The position numbers and the translations under genes are program-made. This document shows, in pieces, positions 1 through 10,427 of a stretch of DNA of 64,000 bases; positions within the stretch are counted from its first letter, which is position 1; the number at the start of each line of letters is the position of its first letter. The notes beneath the pieces are model-generated. The model saw only the letters and a program-made list of their open reading frames with translations. It made no database searches and had not been told where the DNA came from. Source of the stretch: Escherichia coli (GTDB lineage: Bacteria > Pseudomonadota > Gammaproteobacteria > Enterobacterales > Enterobacteriaceae); the NCBI RefSeq assembly GCF_030013595.1, contig NZ_CP122768.1; one strand, given 5' to 3'.

Positions 1-2495
1 CGCATCCGGCAAACTGGCTGACGTTACAACGTTTAAACGATACCCAGTATGAAGCCCGCGTACCGGTGAGCAATTCCTTTGCGCCTAACATCACTTTTTC
101 GGTGCTGTATACCCGTAACGGTCAGTACAGTTTTCAGAACGCCGGGATCAAAGTTGCCGTTCCCCAGCTGGATATCCGGGTGAAAACGGACAAAACCCAT
201 TACCAGCCTGGTGAACTGGTTAATGTCGAATTAACCTCGTTGCTGAAAGGTAAACCTGTTTCTGCGCAGCTAACGGTTGGCGTGATCGATGAAATGATCT
301 ACGCGCTGCAACCGGAAATCGCGCCGAATATCGGCAAATTTTTCTATCCGCTGGGGCGTAACAATGTGCGTACCAGCTCCAGTCTGTCGTTTATCAGCTA
401 CGACCAGGCGCTCTCCAGCGAGCCGGTTGCGCCTGGCGCGACTAACCGCAGCGAGCGGCGAGTAAAAATGCTTGAACGTCCACGGCGTGAAGAGGTGGAT
501 ACCGCGGCATGGATGCCGTCACTCACAACCGATAAACAAGGCAAAGCGTATTTCACGTTCCTGATGCCTGATTCGTTAACCCGCTGGCGCATTACCGCGC
601 GTGGGATGAGCGGCGACGGGTTGGTCGGGCAGGGGAGTGCTTATCTGCGTTCGGAAAAAAATCTCTACATGAAGTGGAGTATGCCAACGGTGTATCGCAT
701 GGGCGACAAACCGGCAGCAGGACTGTTTATCTTCAGTCAGCAGGATAACGAACCGGTGGCGCTGGTGACTAAATTTGCAGGCGCTGAGATGCGCCAGACG
801 CTGACGCTGCACAAAGGGGCGAATTATATTTCGCTGACGCAGAACATTCAGCAATCTGGCTTGTTAAGCGCAGAACTGCAACAAAATGGGCAAGTGCAGG
901 ACAGCATTAGCACAAAACTGTCTTTTGTGGATAACAGCTGGCCCGTTGAACAGCAGAAAAATGTCATGCTCGGCGGTGGCGATAACGCGCTGATGTTGCC
1001 CGAGCAGGCGAGCAATATCCGGCTACAAAGTAGTGAAACGCCGCAGGAGATTTTCCGTAACAATCTTGATGCGTTAGTCGATGAACCGTGGGGTGGCGTG
1101 ATCAACACCGGTAGCCGTCTGATCCCGCTCAGTCTCGCCTGGCGTTCGCTTGCCGATCATCAAAGTGCCGCCGCTAACGACATTCGTCAGATGATTCAGG
1201 ATAACCGTCTGCGGCTGATGCAACTGGCGGGGCCCGGAGCGCGCTTTACCTGGTGGGGTGAAGATGGCAATGGTGACGCCTTCCTTACGGCATGGGCATG
1301 GTACGCCGACTGGCAGGCCAGCCAGGCGCTCGGCGTAACGCAGCAACCGGATTACTGGCAACATATGCTCGACAGTTATGCCGAGCAGGCAGATAACATG
1401 CCGTTATTGCATCGCGCGCTGGTGCTGGCGTGGGCACAGGAGATGAATCTGCCGTGCAAAACGTTGTTGAAAGGGTTGGATGAAGCTATCGCCCGGCGCG
1501 GAACTAAAACTGAAGATTTCTCTGAGGAAGACACCCGCGATATCAATGACAGCCTGATCCTCGATACACCGGAATCTCCACTAGCAGATGCGGTGGCAAA
1601 CGTCTTAACCATGACGTTGCTGAAAAAAGCGCAGTTGAAGTCCACGGTGATGCCACAGGTTCAGCAATATGCGTGGGATAAAGCGGCAAACAGCAATCAG
1701 CCGCTGGCGCACACGGTTGTGCTGCTCAATAGCGGGGGCGACGCTACCCAGGCGGCTGCTATTTTAAGTGGTTTGACCGCTGAGCAATCTACTATTGAGC
1801 GCGCGCTGGCCATGAACTGGCTGGCGAAATATATGGCGACAATGCCTCCAGTTGTGTTGCCTGCGCCTGCGGGCGCATGGGCCAAACATAAGTTAACTGG
1901 AGGGGGCGAATACTGGCGTTGGGTTGGTCAGGGCGTGCCGGACATTCTCTCTTTTGGTGACGAATTATCGCCGCAAAATGTGCAGGTCCGCTGGCGTGAA
2001 CCGGCAAAAACGGCTCAACAAAGTAACATTCCGGTGACCGTTGAACGCCAGTTGTATCGGCTTATCCCCGGTGAAGAAGAGATGAGCTTTACTCTGCAGC
2101 CGGTGACCAGCAATGAGATTGACAGCGATGCGCTGTATCTCGATGAAATCACGCTTACCAGCGAGCAGGATGCAGTTCTGCGCTATGGTCAGGTGGAAGT
2201 ACCGCTCCCGCCGGGAGCCGATGTTGAGCGCACAACATGGGGCATTTCGGTCAATAAACCCAACGCCGCGAAACAGCAGGGGCAATTGCTGGAAAAAGCG
2301 CGAAATGAAATGGGCGAACTGGCCTATATGGTGCCGGTGAAAGAACTGACGGGAACGGTCACTTTCCGCCATTTGCTGCGCTTCTCGCAAAAAGGGCAAT
2401 TCGTTCTGCCTCCTGCTCGTTATGTGCGTTCCTATGCACCTGCACAGCAAAGTGTTGCGGCAGGGAGCGAATGGACCGGGATGCAGGTGAAATAA
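1..2495 (+). CDS. yfaS: alpha-2-macroglobulin family protein YfaS, C-terminal part (5' end lies outside the window)
   Basis: The reading frame stays open from base 3 to the stop at 2495, so the GTG at 66 is not the true start. The 809-aa tail is followed by yfaQ and yfaP as in the E. coli yfaS operon. Recognised from sequence and synteny. Confidence 0.8.
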   Translation, partial: HPANWLTLQRLNDTQYEARVPVSNSFAPNITFSVLYTRNGQYSFQNAGIKVAVPQLDIRVKTDKTHYQPGELVNVELTSLLKGKPVSAQLTVGVIDEMIYALQPEIAPNIGKFFYPLGRNNVRTSSSLSFISYDQALSSEPVAPGATNRSERRVKMLERPRREEVDTAAWMPSLTTDKQGKAYFTFLMPDSLTRWRITARGMSGDGLVGQGSAYLRSEKNLYMKWSMPTVYRMGDKPAAGLFIFSQQDNEPVALVTKFAGAEMRQTLTLHKGANYISLTQNIQQSGLLSAELQQNGQVQDSISTKLSFVDNSWPVEQQKNVMLGGGDNALMLPEQASNIRLQSSETPQEIFRNNLDALVDEPWGGVINTGSRLIPLSLAWRSLADHQSAAANDIRQMIQDNRLRLMQLAGPGARFTWWGEDGNGDAFLTAWAWYADWQASQALGVTQQPDYWQHMLDSYAEQADNMPLLHRALVLAWAQEMNLPCKTLLKGLDEAIARRGTKTEDFSEEDTRDINDSLILDTPESPLADAVANVLTMTLLKKAQLKSTVMPQVQQYAWDKAANSNQPLAHTVVLLNSGGDATQAAAILSGLTAEQSTIERALAMNWLAKYMATMPPVVLPAPAGAWAKHKLTGGGEYWRWVGQGVPDILSFGDELSPQNVQVRWREPAKTAQQSNIPVTVERQLYRLIPGEEEMSFTLQPVTSNEIDSDALYLDEITLTSEQDAVLRYGQVEVPLPPGADVERTTWGISVNKPNAAKQQGQLLEKARNEMGELAYMVPVKELTGTVTFRHLLRFSQKGQFVLPPARYVRSYAPAQQSVAAGSEWTGMQVK

Positions 2496-4145
2496 GTGAA
2501 CTGGCGCAGAATCGTCTGGCTATTGGCGTTGGTTACTCTGCCAACGCTTGCGGAGGAGACGCCGTTACAACTGGTGCTGCGCGGTGCGCAGCACGATCAA
2601 CTGTATCAGCTGTCGTCATCAGGCGTGACCAAAGTCTCAGCATTACCTGACATGCTCACCACGCCGTTAGGGAGTTTGTGGAAACTGTATGTTTACGCCT
2701 GGCTGGAGGATACCCATCAACCGGAGCAGGCCTACCAGTGTCGTGGAAACTCCCCGGAAGAGGTTTATTGTTGTCAGGCTGGGGAGAGCATAACGCGCGA
2801 TACCGCGCTGGTACGTTCCTGTGGGCTCTATTTTGCGCCGCAGCGGTTGCATATTGGCGCAGATGTGTGGGGGCAATACTGGCAACAGCGTCAGGCACCT
2901 GCGTGGTTAGCGTCTCTTACTACGCTGAAGCCAGAAACCTCGGTAACGGTTAAATCACTGCTTGATTCATTAGCGACGTTACCCGCGCAAAACAAAGCTC
3001 AGGAAGTCTTACTGGATGTGGTGCTGGACGAGGCGAAAATCGGTGTCGCATCTATGCTCGGTAGTCGGGTACGGGTGAAAACCTGGAGCTGGTTTGCCGA
3101 TAATAAACAGGAAATCCGTCAGGGTGGTTTTGCTGGCTGGTTAACCGATGGTACACCGCTGTGGGCTACTGGCAGTGGCACCAGCAAAACGGTACTAACC
3201 CGTTATGCGACGGTGCTTAATCGAGTTTTGCCAGTGCCGACGCAGGTTGCCAGTGGGCAATGTGTAGAGGTGGAACTGTTTGCCCGCTATCCGCTGAAGA
3301 AAATCACAGCGGAAAAGAGTACGACGGCAGTAAAACCCGGCGTACTTAATGGGCGCTATCGTGTGACGTTTACTAATGGTAACCACATTACGTTTGTCAG
3401 CCACGGTGAGACGACCTTACTGAGCGAAAAGGGCAAACTGAAATTGCAGTCGCATCTTGATCGTGAAGAGTACGTTGCCAGAGTTCTGGATCGCGAGGCG
3501 AAAAGTACGCCCCCTGAGGCAGCGAAAGCCATGACCGTGGCGATTCGCACTTTTTTACAGCAAAACGCCAATCGGGAAGGCGATTGCCTGACCATCCCCG
3601 ACAGTAGCGCCACGCAGCGTGTTTCTGCTTCGCCAGCGACCACGGGGGCGCGAACGATGACCGCCTGGACGCAGGATCTCATCTATGCGGGCGATCCGGT
3701 TCATTATCACGGCAGTCGCGCTACCGAAGGGACGCTTTCCTGGCGGCAAGCCATGGCCCAGGCGGGGCAGGGGGAGCGTTACGACCAGATACTCGCGTTT
3801 GCTTATCCCGACAACAGCCTTAGCCGCTGGGGAGCGCCACGCTCAACCTGCCAGTTATTACCCAAAGCGAAAGCCTGGCTGGCGAAAAAAATGCCGCAGT
3901 GGCGGCGTATATTACAAGGTGAGACGGGGTACAACGAACCAGACGTGTTTGCGGTTTGCCGTTTAGTCTCAGGTTTCCCCTATACCGATCGGCAGCAGAA
4001 ACGGCTGTTTATTCGTAACTTCTTTACGCTTCAGGATCGGCTCGATTTAACCCATGAGTATCTGCATCTGGCCTTTGATGGTTATCCCACCGGGCTTGAT
4101 GAGAACTATATCGAAACGCTGACCCGACAATTATTAATGGACTAA
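2496..4145 (+). CDS. yfaQ: DUF2300-family exported protein YfaQ
   Basis: 549-aa ORF with an N-terminal signal-like segment (LALVTLPTLA). It abuts the yfaS stop codon. Size and position match K-12 YfaQ. Confidence 0.8.
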   Translation: MNWRRIVWLLALVTLPTLAEETPLQLVLRGAQHDQLYQLSSSGVTKVSALPDMLTTPLGSLWKLYVYAWLEDTHQPEQAYQCRGNSPEEVYCCQAGESITRDTALVRSCGLYFAPQRLHIGADVWGQYWQQRQAPAWLASLTTLKPETSVTVKSLLDSLATLPAQNKAQEVLLDVVLDEAKIGVASMLGSRVRVKTWSWFADNKQEIRQGGFAGWLTDGTPLWATGSGTSKTVLTRYATVLNRVLPVPTQVASGQCVEVELFARYPLKKITAEKSTTAVKPGVLNGRYRVTFTNGNHITFVSHGETTLLSEKGKLKLQSHLDREEYVARVLDREAKSTPPEAAKAMTVAIRTFLQQNANREGDCLTIPDSSATQRVSASPATTGARTMTAWTQDLIYAGDPVHYHGSRATEGTLSWRQAMAQAGQGERYDQILAFAYPDNSLSRWGAPRSTCQLLPKAKAWLAKKMPQWRRILQGETGYNEPDVFAVCRLVSGFPYTDRQQKRLFIRNFFTLQDRLDLTHEYLHLAFDGYPTGLDENYIETLTRQLLMD

Positions 4146-4149
4146 TGCT

Positions 4150-4926
4150 ATGCGAAAGATTTTTCTTCCGTTGTTACTGGTGGCGCTTTCGCCTGTTGCC
4201 CATGGCGAAGGTGTGCAGGAAGTCGAGATTGATGCACCGCTCTCTGGCTGGCATCAGGCAGAGGGCGAAGATGCCAGTTTTTCACAATCGATCAATTACC
4301 CGGCGTCGTCCGTCAACATGGCAGATGATCAAAATATCTCAGCGCAGATCCGCGGCAAAATAAAGAATTATGCTGCGGCGGGTAAAGTTCAGCAGGGCCG
4401 GCTGGTGGTCAACGGTGCCAGTATGCCGCAGAGAATTGAATCCGATGGTTCATTTGCACGCCCTTATATTTTCACTGAAGGCAGCAACAGCGTGCAGGTC
4501 ATCAGCCCGGATGGGCAAAGCCGACAAAAAATGCAGTTTTACTCAACGCCGGGCGCTGGAGCGATCCGCGCGCGTTTACGGCTGGTTCTCTCCTGGGACA
4601 CGGACAATACCGATCTCGACCTTCACGTTGTTACGCCCGATGGCGAACACGCCTGGTACGGTAACACCGTGCTGAAAAACAGTGGTGCACTGGATATGGA
4701 TGTCACGACGGGGTACGGACCCGAGATCTTCGCCATGCCAGCGCCAGTTCACGGACGTTATCAGGTGTATATCAACTACTATGGCGGACGCAGCGAAACG
4801 GAATTGACGACCGCCCAACTGACGCTGATCACCGATGAAGGATCGGTCAATGAGAAACAGGAAACATTTATTGTACCGATGCGTAATGCTGGCGAGCTGA
4901 CGCTGGTGAAAAGTTTTGACTGGTGA
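4150..4926 (+). CDS. yfaP: DUF2135-family exported protein YfaP
   Basis: 258-aa ORF with a signal peptide (LLLVALSPVAHG). It is the last gene of the yfaS cluster before the convergent atoB. Confidence 0.8.
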   Translation: MRKIFLPLLLVALSPVAHGEGVQEVEIDAPLSGWHQAEGEDASFSQSINYPASSVNMADDQNISAQIRGKIKNYAAAGKVQQGRLVVNGASMPQRIESDGSFARPYIFTEGSNSVQVISPDGQSRQKMQFYSTPGAGAIRARLRLVLSWDTDNTDLDLHVVTPDGEHAWYGNTVLKNSGALDMDVTTGYGPEIFAMPAPVHGRYQVYINYYGGRSETELTTAQLTLITDEGSVNEKQETFIVPMRNAGELTLVKSFDW

Positions 4927-4999
4927 TTAATGGGGTTACCTTCGCCGTCGATGTTCAAGAAAACGCCCGATAACTTTCGCTATCGGGTGTTTTTATTGA

Positions 5000-6184
5000 T
5001 TAATTCAACCGTTCAATCACCATCGCAATTCCCTGGCCGCCACCAATGCACAGTGTTGCCAGCCCCAGCGTTTTATCGTGTGCCTGCATGGCATGTAATA
5101 GTGTGACCAGAATACGAGCACCACTGGCACCGATAGGATGCCCGAGCGCGATGGCCCCGCCGTTGACATTCACTTTCTCAGAATCAAAGCCCAGGGTTTT
5201 CCCAACGGCAAGGAACTGTGCAGCAAATGCTTCATTAGCCTCAATGAGATCAATATCCGCCAGTTGCAGCCCCGCCAGTTGTAACGCTTTTTGCGTGGCA
5301 GGTACTGGCCCCATACCCATCAATGCGGGGGGCACGCCACCGCTGGCATAACTTTTAATGCGAGCCAGGGGGGTAAGGCCTGCTGCCAGCGCCGCAGATT
5401 CTTCCATAATCACCAGAGCGGCAGCACCGTCGTTAATACCAGACGCGTTCCCGGCGGTGACTGTTCCTGCTTTATCGAAGGCCGGGCGCAATGCGCCTAA
5501 CGCTTCAGTCGTAGAATCCGCTTTCGGGAATTCGTCTTGACTGAAGACGAAGGTTTTCTTCCGGGTGACAACATTTACCGGGACGATTTCGGCTGTAAAA
5601 GCACCGGACTCAATTGCGGCTGCCGCTTTACGCTGTGAATGTAGCGCCAGTTCATCCTGCATTTCTCGGGTAATTCCGTACTCTTTGGCCACGTTCTCGG
5701 CGGTAATCCCCATATGATAACCATGGGTGGCGCACATCAGACCATCGCGCAGGATTACGTCATAAACCTGTCCGTCTCCAAGACGATAACCAGCGCGTGC
5801 TTTTGCATCGAGTAAGTAGGGCGCTAAACTCATATTTTCCATACCCCCCGCCACAATGCTTTGCGCCTGACCTGCCTGAATTGCCTGGGCGGCAAGCGCC
5901 ACACTTTTAAGACCCGAACCACACACTTTATTGACCGTGAATCCGCATACCGTTTCTGCCAGCCCGCTTTTTAACAGTGCCTGACGTGCCGGATTTTGCC
6001 CCAACCCGGCTTGCAACACGTTACCCATAATCACTTCATCAATGTGTAGTGAATCGATTTTTGCACGTTCAATGGCGGCTTTAATTACTGTCGCCCCCAG
6101 GTCGATGGCGCTGGTGGAAGCGAGTGAACCGTTAAAACTACCGATAGCAGTACGTACCGCACTGACGATGACACAATTTTTCAT
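5000..6184 (-). CDS. atoB: acetyl-CoA acetyltransferase (thiolase II)
   Basis: 394 aa with thiolase active-site contexts ([27 protein letters not shown]). Last gene of atoDAEB. Confidence 0.95.
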   Translation of the reverse strand: MKNCVIVSAVRTAIGSFNGSLASTSAIDLGATVIKAAIERAKIDSLHIDEVIMGNVLQAGLGQNPARQALLKSGLAETVCGFTVNKVCGSGLKSVALAAQAIQAGQAQSIVAGGMENMSLAPYLLDAKARAGYRLGDGQVYDVILRDGLMCATHGYHMGITAENVAKEYGITREMQDELALHSQRKAAAAIESGAFTAEIVPVNVVTRKKTFVFSQDEFPKADSTTEALGALRPAFDKAGTVTAGNASGINDGAAALVIMEESAALAAGLTPLARIKSYASGGVPPALMGMGPVPATQKALQLAGLQLADIDLIEANEAFAAQFLAVGKTLGFDSEKVNVNGGAIALGHPIGASGARILVTLLHAMQAHDKTLGLATLCIGGGQGIAMVIERLN

Positions 6185-6214
6185 TTTTTATTCCTTCTGT
6201 CTGTAGGGTTGCCG

Positions 6215-7537
6215 TCAGAACAGCGTTAAACCAATGACGAAAATGACGCCGGAGAAGAGCAGGGCAGTGATGCAATAGCCCATGATGTCGCGGACACCGA
6301 GTCCGGCGATTGCCAGTGCTGGCAGCGCCCAGAATGGTTGTGCCATGTTCATCCATTGCTCGCCGTAGGCGATCGCCATTACCGATTTACCGAGATCAGC
6401 GCCCAGCGCCTGGGCTGCGGGTATCACGAAAGGTCCCTGAATAACCCAGTGACCGCCGCCAGACGGAACGGCGAAGTTAATCAGTGCAGAACTAAAAAAG
6501 GTCATTACCGGGAAGGTGTCTTTGTTCGCAACATTGATGAAGAATTCGGTAATGAGTCCGCCCAGACCGGAATGCTCCATCATCAGTTGGATGCCAGCGT
6601 AGAAGGGGAATTGCACCAGAATACCGGCAGTACTGCGTGCTGCCGCGCTGATAGCACGCATATAAGCCATTGGCGTTTTATGTAGCAGCAGACCCGCAAT
6701 CATAAACATCAGGTTGACGGTATTGATGGTGATGTTGAAGCCATGTTCGCTGAAGTACATCGCAAGGTAAGCGATACCGAGTGCGCCGATGATCAACGTC
6801 AGAATGCGGCTTTCTTCCAGTCGCTCGGATGGTGGGGCATCTTTCGGTAGCTGCTTTTGGAAATCAGCCTCTTCCATGAGTAGTTTCGGATCGATACTCA
6901 CCACGTCAGACGGTTTTGGCATCATCATGCGGGTGATAAATGGCATCACCACAATCAACGCCACAGTGATGAAAATGTTAAAACCACTGAACAGAGTATC
7001 GCCCACCGGGATCAGCCCGGCGATATGCTCAACCGGGTTGCCCGGTGTTGCAGCCAACAGAGGCATTGAGCCAGAGAAACCGCCACCCCAGGTGAGAAAA
7101 CCAATGTAGGCGCAGGCAATGAGCAACGGATAATCAGAACCGGGTACTCGGCGGGCGACTTCACGGGCAAACATTGCGCCGACAACCAAACCAAATCCCC
7201 AGTTGATGACACAAGCGACTGAACCGAAGAAAGTAACCAGCATGACGCCCTGTACGGGCGTCTTTGCGGCGGAGGCGGCAGTACGCAGCAAACTTTTTAC
7301 CGGAGCAGAGCTGGCAAGGGCATGACCGGTAACGATGATAAGCGCCATCTGCATACCAAACGCCAGCAAGTTCCAGAAACCGTCACCCCACATTTTCACC
7401 ATGCTGATCGGCGTTTGTGGTGTTAACCAAAGCGCGATCACGAAAGTTAGCAATGTCAGCAACATGGCAAAGATCAGTGGATCGGGAAGCCACCGGCTGA
7501 CAAAACGCGTCATAAAACGCGATATGCGACCAATCAT
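6215..7537 (-). CDS. atoE: short-chain fatty acid transporter
   Basis: 440-aa polytopic membrane protein lying between atoA and atoB. It overlaps the atoA stop by 4 nt. Confidence 0.9.
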   Translation of the reverse strand: MIGRISRFMTRFVSRWLPDPLIFAMLLTLLTFVIALWLTPQTPISMVKMWGDGFWNLLAFGMQMALIIVTGHALASSAPVKSLLRTAASAAKTPVQGVMLVTFFGSVACVINWGFGLVVGAMFAREVARRVPGSDYPLLIACAYIGFLTWGGGFSGSMPLLAATPGNPVEHIAGLIPVGDTLFSGFNIFITVALIVVMPFITRMMMPKPSDVVSIDPKLLMEEADFQKQLPKDAPPSERLEESRILTLIIGALGIAYLAMYFSEHGFNITINTVNLMFMIAGLLLHKTPMAYMRAISAAARSTAGILVQFPFYAGIQLMMEHSGLGGLITEFFINVANKDTFPVMTFFSSALINFAVPSGGGHWVIQGPFVIPAAQALGADLGKSVMAIAYGEQWMNMAQPFWALPALAIAGLGVRDIMGYCITALLFSGVIFVIGLTLF

Positions 7538-8184
7538 AAATCACCCCGTTGCGTATTCAGATCGGCGGCGACTTCAAACCGAGCTTCTGTTTTGGCACGC
7601 ACGGTGGCTAAATCACACCCGTCGGCAATTTCGGTGAGCCACATTTTGCCGTCAATAAAACGAAAGACAGCCAGTTCAGTAACCAGCATATGCACCGCAT
7701 GTTGCGCAGTGAGTGGCATGGTGCAGCGGCGCAAAATTTTTGCTGAACCATCTTTGGCACAATGTTCCATGGCGATGATCACTTTGCGCGACCCGGTCAC
7801 CAGATCCATCGCGCCACCCATACCGGGCACCATTTTCCCAGGCACTACCCAGTTCGCGAGGTTTGCTTCTTCGTCTACTTGCAAACCGCCGAGCACGCAG
7901 GCATCAATATGACCGCCGCGGATTAGCGCAAATGACATGGCGCTATCAAACATGGCTGCACCGGGTAAAACACCGCACGGTTGCCCGCCAGCGTTCACCA
8001 GATCTGGATGCGCTGTCGTGACCGGGCCTAAACCGAGGAAGCCGTTTTCCGATTGCAGAGTGATATGAATACCCTCCGGTAAATAATTGGCGACCATTGT
8101 GGGTAAACCGATCCCTAAGTTAACGATGTCACCATCACGAAGCTCTTGCGCCACACGGCGCGCAATACGTTGTTTCGCATCCAT
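7534..8184 (-). CDS. atoA: acetate CoA-transferase beta subunit
   Basis: 216 aa; the sequence is that of a CoA-transferase B subunit. Operon position supports the call. Confidence 0.95.
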   Translation of the reverse strand: MDAKQRIARRVAQELRDGDIVNLGIGLPTMVANYLPEGIHITLQSENGFLGLGPVTTAHPDLVNAGGQPCGVLPGAAMFDSAMSFALIRGGHIDACVLGGLQVDEEANLANWVVPGKMVPGMGGAMDLVTGSRKVIIAMEHCAKDGSAKILRRCTMPLTAQHAVHMLVTELAVFRFIDGKMWLTEIADGCDLATVRAKTEARFEVAADLNTQRGDL

Positions 8185-8846
8185 TATTTGCTCTCCTGTG
8201 AAACGATGATGTGGTCGATAACGGCACCAGGGGTGACAATATGGTCAGGTTGCAGCTCGCCGGTTTCGACCAGTTCATCCGGCTCTACCAGCGTGATATC
8301 AGCCGCAAGGGCTATCAGGGGGTTAAAGTTGCGGGCGCTAAGGTGATAGGTCAGGTTGCCAAGTGTGTCGCAACGATGAGCGCGAATTAGCGCCAGGTCG
8401 GCGCGCAGCGGGCGTTCGAGCAGCCAGGTTTTACCGTCGAGTGTCAGTGTCTGTTTGCCTTCCTCTACGACGGTGCCGACACCCGTTGGTGTGAGAAAAC
8501 CACCAAGTCCAGCTCCACCACAGCGAATTTGCTCGATTAGCGTACCTTGCGGCACCAGAACGACGTCCATCTCACCAGATATCATGCGCCGACCTGTTTC
8601 CGGGTTGGTGCCGATATGTGAAGCAATCACTTTGCGGACTCGACCATTGACGATGAGCGGACCGATGCCAGTATCAACAAACGCGGTATCATTGGCTATC
8701 AATGTCAGGTCGCGAACACCAGATTCCAGTAATGCTTCAACCAGGCGGGATGGAGTGCCAATCCCCATAAATCCGCCCACCATGATGGTCATGCCGTCAC
8801 GAAAGAAGCCGGTGGCATCTTGTAATGTCATCAATTTTGTTTTCAT
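8184..8846 (-). CDS. atoD: acetate CoA-transferase alpha subunit
   Basis: 220 aa; the sequence is that of a CoA-transferase A subunit. First gene of atoDAEB. Confidence 0.95.
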   Translation of the reverse strand: MKTKLMTLQDATGFFRDGMTIMVGGFMGIGTPSRLVEALLESGVRDLTLIANDTAFVDTGIGPLIVNGRVRKVIASHIGTNPETGRRMISGEMDVVLVPQGTLIEQIRCGGAGLGGFLTPTGVGTVVEEGKQTLTLDGKTWLLERPLRADLALIRAHRCDTLGNLTYHLSARNFNPLIALAADITLVEPDELVETGELQPDHIVTPGAVIDHIIVSQESK

Positions 8847-8891
8847 TTTTTATCCCTCTTGCATACACCGTTGTGGGTACAGTCAGGGAAT

Positions 8892-8907
8892 AGCAAGGGG
8901 AGTGCCA
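8892..8907 (-). promoter_or_regulatory. sigma54 (-24/-12) promoter of atoDAEB
   Basis: The minus strand reads TGGCAC-N5-TTGCT about 45 nt upstream of the atoD start. This is the expected promoter type for the NtrC-family activator AtoC. Confidence 0.7.
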
Positions 8908-8989
8908 GAATGAGATTATTGGATTTTGTTATTTAACTAATTGAATATGAAGGGATAAATTGGATGGGGATTTATAAGGAGAATGAGCG

Positions 8990-9030
8990 GCTATGCAGAA
9001 AATTGCGCACTGTGCAAATTTCTGCATAGC
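8990..9030. promoter_or_regulatory. AtoC upstream activating sequence (41-bp palindrome)
   Basis: GCTATGCAGAAAATTGCGCA C TGTGCAAATTTCTGCATAGC is a near-perfect inverted repeat about 100-150 nt upstream of the sigma54 promoter. This is consistent with the described AtoC binding element. Confidence 0.6.
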
Positions 9031-9041
9031 AAGTTTTGGCG

Positions 9042-10427
9042 TTATACATCCGCCGGATCGATACCGTATTCCTGCAGTTTATACATCAATGCACGGCGAC
9101 TGATGCCCAGCATTAAAGCAGTGCGGGTTCGGTTTCCTTCTTGTTGTTCCAGCACTTCCATAATGATGCGTTTTTCGACGCGTTTAATTTCCTCTTTTAA
9201 ATTACGCTCACCGACAGGGGCTGTTTTTGCCTCACCAGCATTACAGACTGGCTGACGAATCTGTGGCGGAAGATCCTCAGAAAAAATGATCGGGCCTGAG
9301 TTCATCACGACGGCGCGTTCAATAACGTTGGAAAGCTCTCGAATATTTCCCGGCCATGACCAGGCGGTAAGCAGTGACATTGCCATCGGATCGATGTCGA
9401 TAATATCGCGCTGATTCTCACTACTGAATTTTTGCAAAAAGTGATTAGCTAACAGGGAAATATCTTCCCGGCGATCGCGCAGAGGCGGCAGTATTAAATG
9501 AATAACGTTAAGGCGATAAAAGAGATCTTCACGGAAGGTGCCTTCTTTTACCATTGCCTGCAAGTCACGGTTGGTGGCAGCAATGATGCGGATATCAACT
9601 TTTATGGTCTGATGGCCGCCAATCCGTTCAAATTCCCGTTCCTGCAGAATGCGTAGTAATTTGGCTTGCAGTACGAGCGGCATTTCGCCAATTTCGTCGA
9701 GGAGCAGAGTACCTTCGTTGGCACGTTCAAATAATCCCTGACGCAAGGTTTGTGCACCAGTAAATGCACCTTTTTCATGACCAAACAGTTCACTTTCGAG
9801 CAACGATTCCGGCAGCGCCGCGCAGTTGACTTTAATGAACGGCCCCTTTGCCCGCCGCGAATTGTAGTGAATCGCTCTGGCAATCAACTCTTTCCCGGTG
9901 CCGCTTTCACCGCTAATCAAGACGCTGGCCTGAGAAAGGGCAATTTTGGCGGTGTCTTTGCAGATGTCCATCATCGCCGGGCTGTTGGTGAGAATGTGCC
10001 CCCATTGCCAGCTGGTGCTCAGTGCCTGGTGCAGATGGCGGATCTCTTTTTTCATTGACTGGAGTTGTAAAGCGCGCTGAACGATTAAATTCAACTCATC
10101 GAGATCAAACGGTTTGATAACATAGTCGAAGGCTCCGCAGCGTAGCGCTTCGACGGCGTTTTCCACTTCAGCATAGGCCGTCATCAGAATAACGGGTGTC
10201 CGGGTCTCATTACTGCGCATCTCCTTGAGTGCCTTGATGCCGTCCATCTCTGGCATGCGGATATCCATCAACACCACGTCAGGGTGAATATCAGCAAACA
10301 GGTGTAATGCTGTGCGTCCGTTGTTCGCACAATGTGTTTCGAAACCTTGTAGTGCAAAAGCGGTGCTCAGCATACGGCGAACATTATCTTCATCATCCAC
10401 AATAAGGATGCGATTAATAGCAGTCAT
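9042..10427 (-). CDS. atoC: sigma54-dependent response regulator AtoC
   Basis: 461 aa with a receiver domain (DDEDNV...D), an AAA+ sigma54-interaction domain (GESGTGKE, GAFTGA) and a C-terminal Fis-type HTH. Confidence 0.95.
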   Translation of the reverse strand: MTAINRILIVDDEDNVRRMLSTAFALQGFETHCANNGRTALHLFADIHPDVVLMDIRMPEMDGIKALKEMRSNETRTPVILMTAYAEVENAVEALRCGAFDYVIKPFDLDELNLIVQRALQLQSMKKEIRHLHQALSTSWQWGHILTNSPAMMDICKDTAKIALSQASVLISGESGTGKELIARAIHYNSRRAKGPFIKVNCAALPESLLESELFGHEKGAFTGAQTLRQGLFERANEGTLLLDEIGEMPLVLQAKLLRILQEREFERIGGHQTIKVDIRIIAATNRDLQAMVKEGTFREDLFYRLNVIHLILPPLRDRREDISLLANHFLQKFSSENQRDIIDIDPMAMSLLTAWSWPGNIRELSNVIERAVVMNSGPIIFSEDLPPQIRQPVCNAGEAKTAPVGERNLKEEIKRVEKRIIMEVLEQQEGNRTRTALMLGISRRALMYKLQEYGIDPADV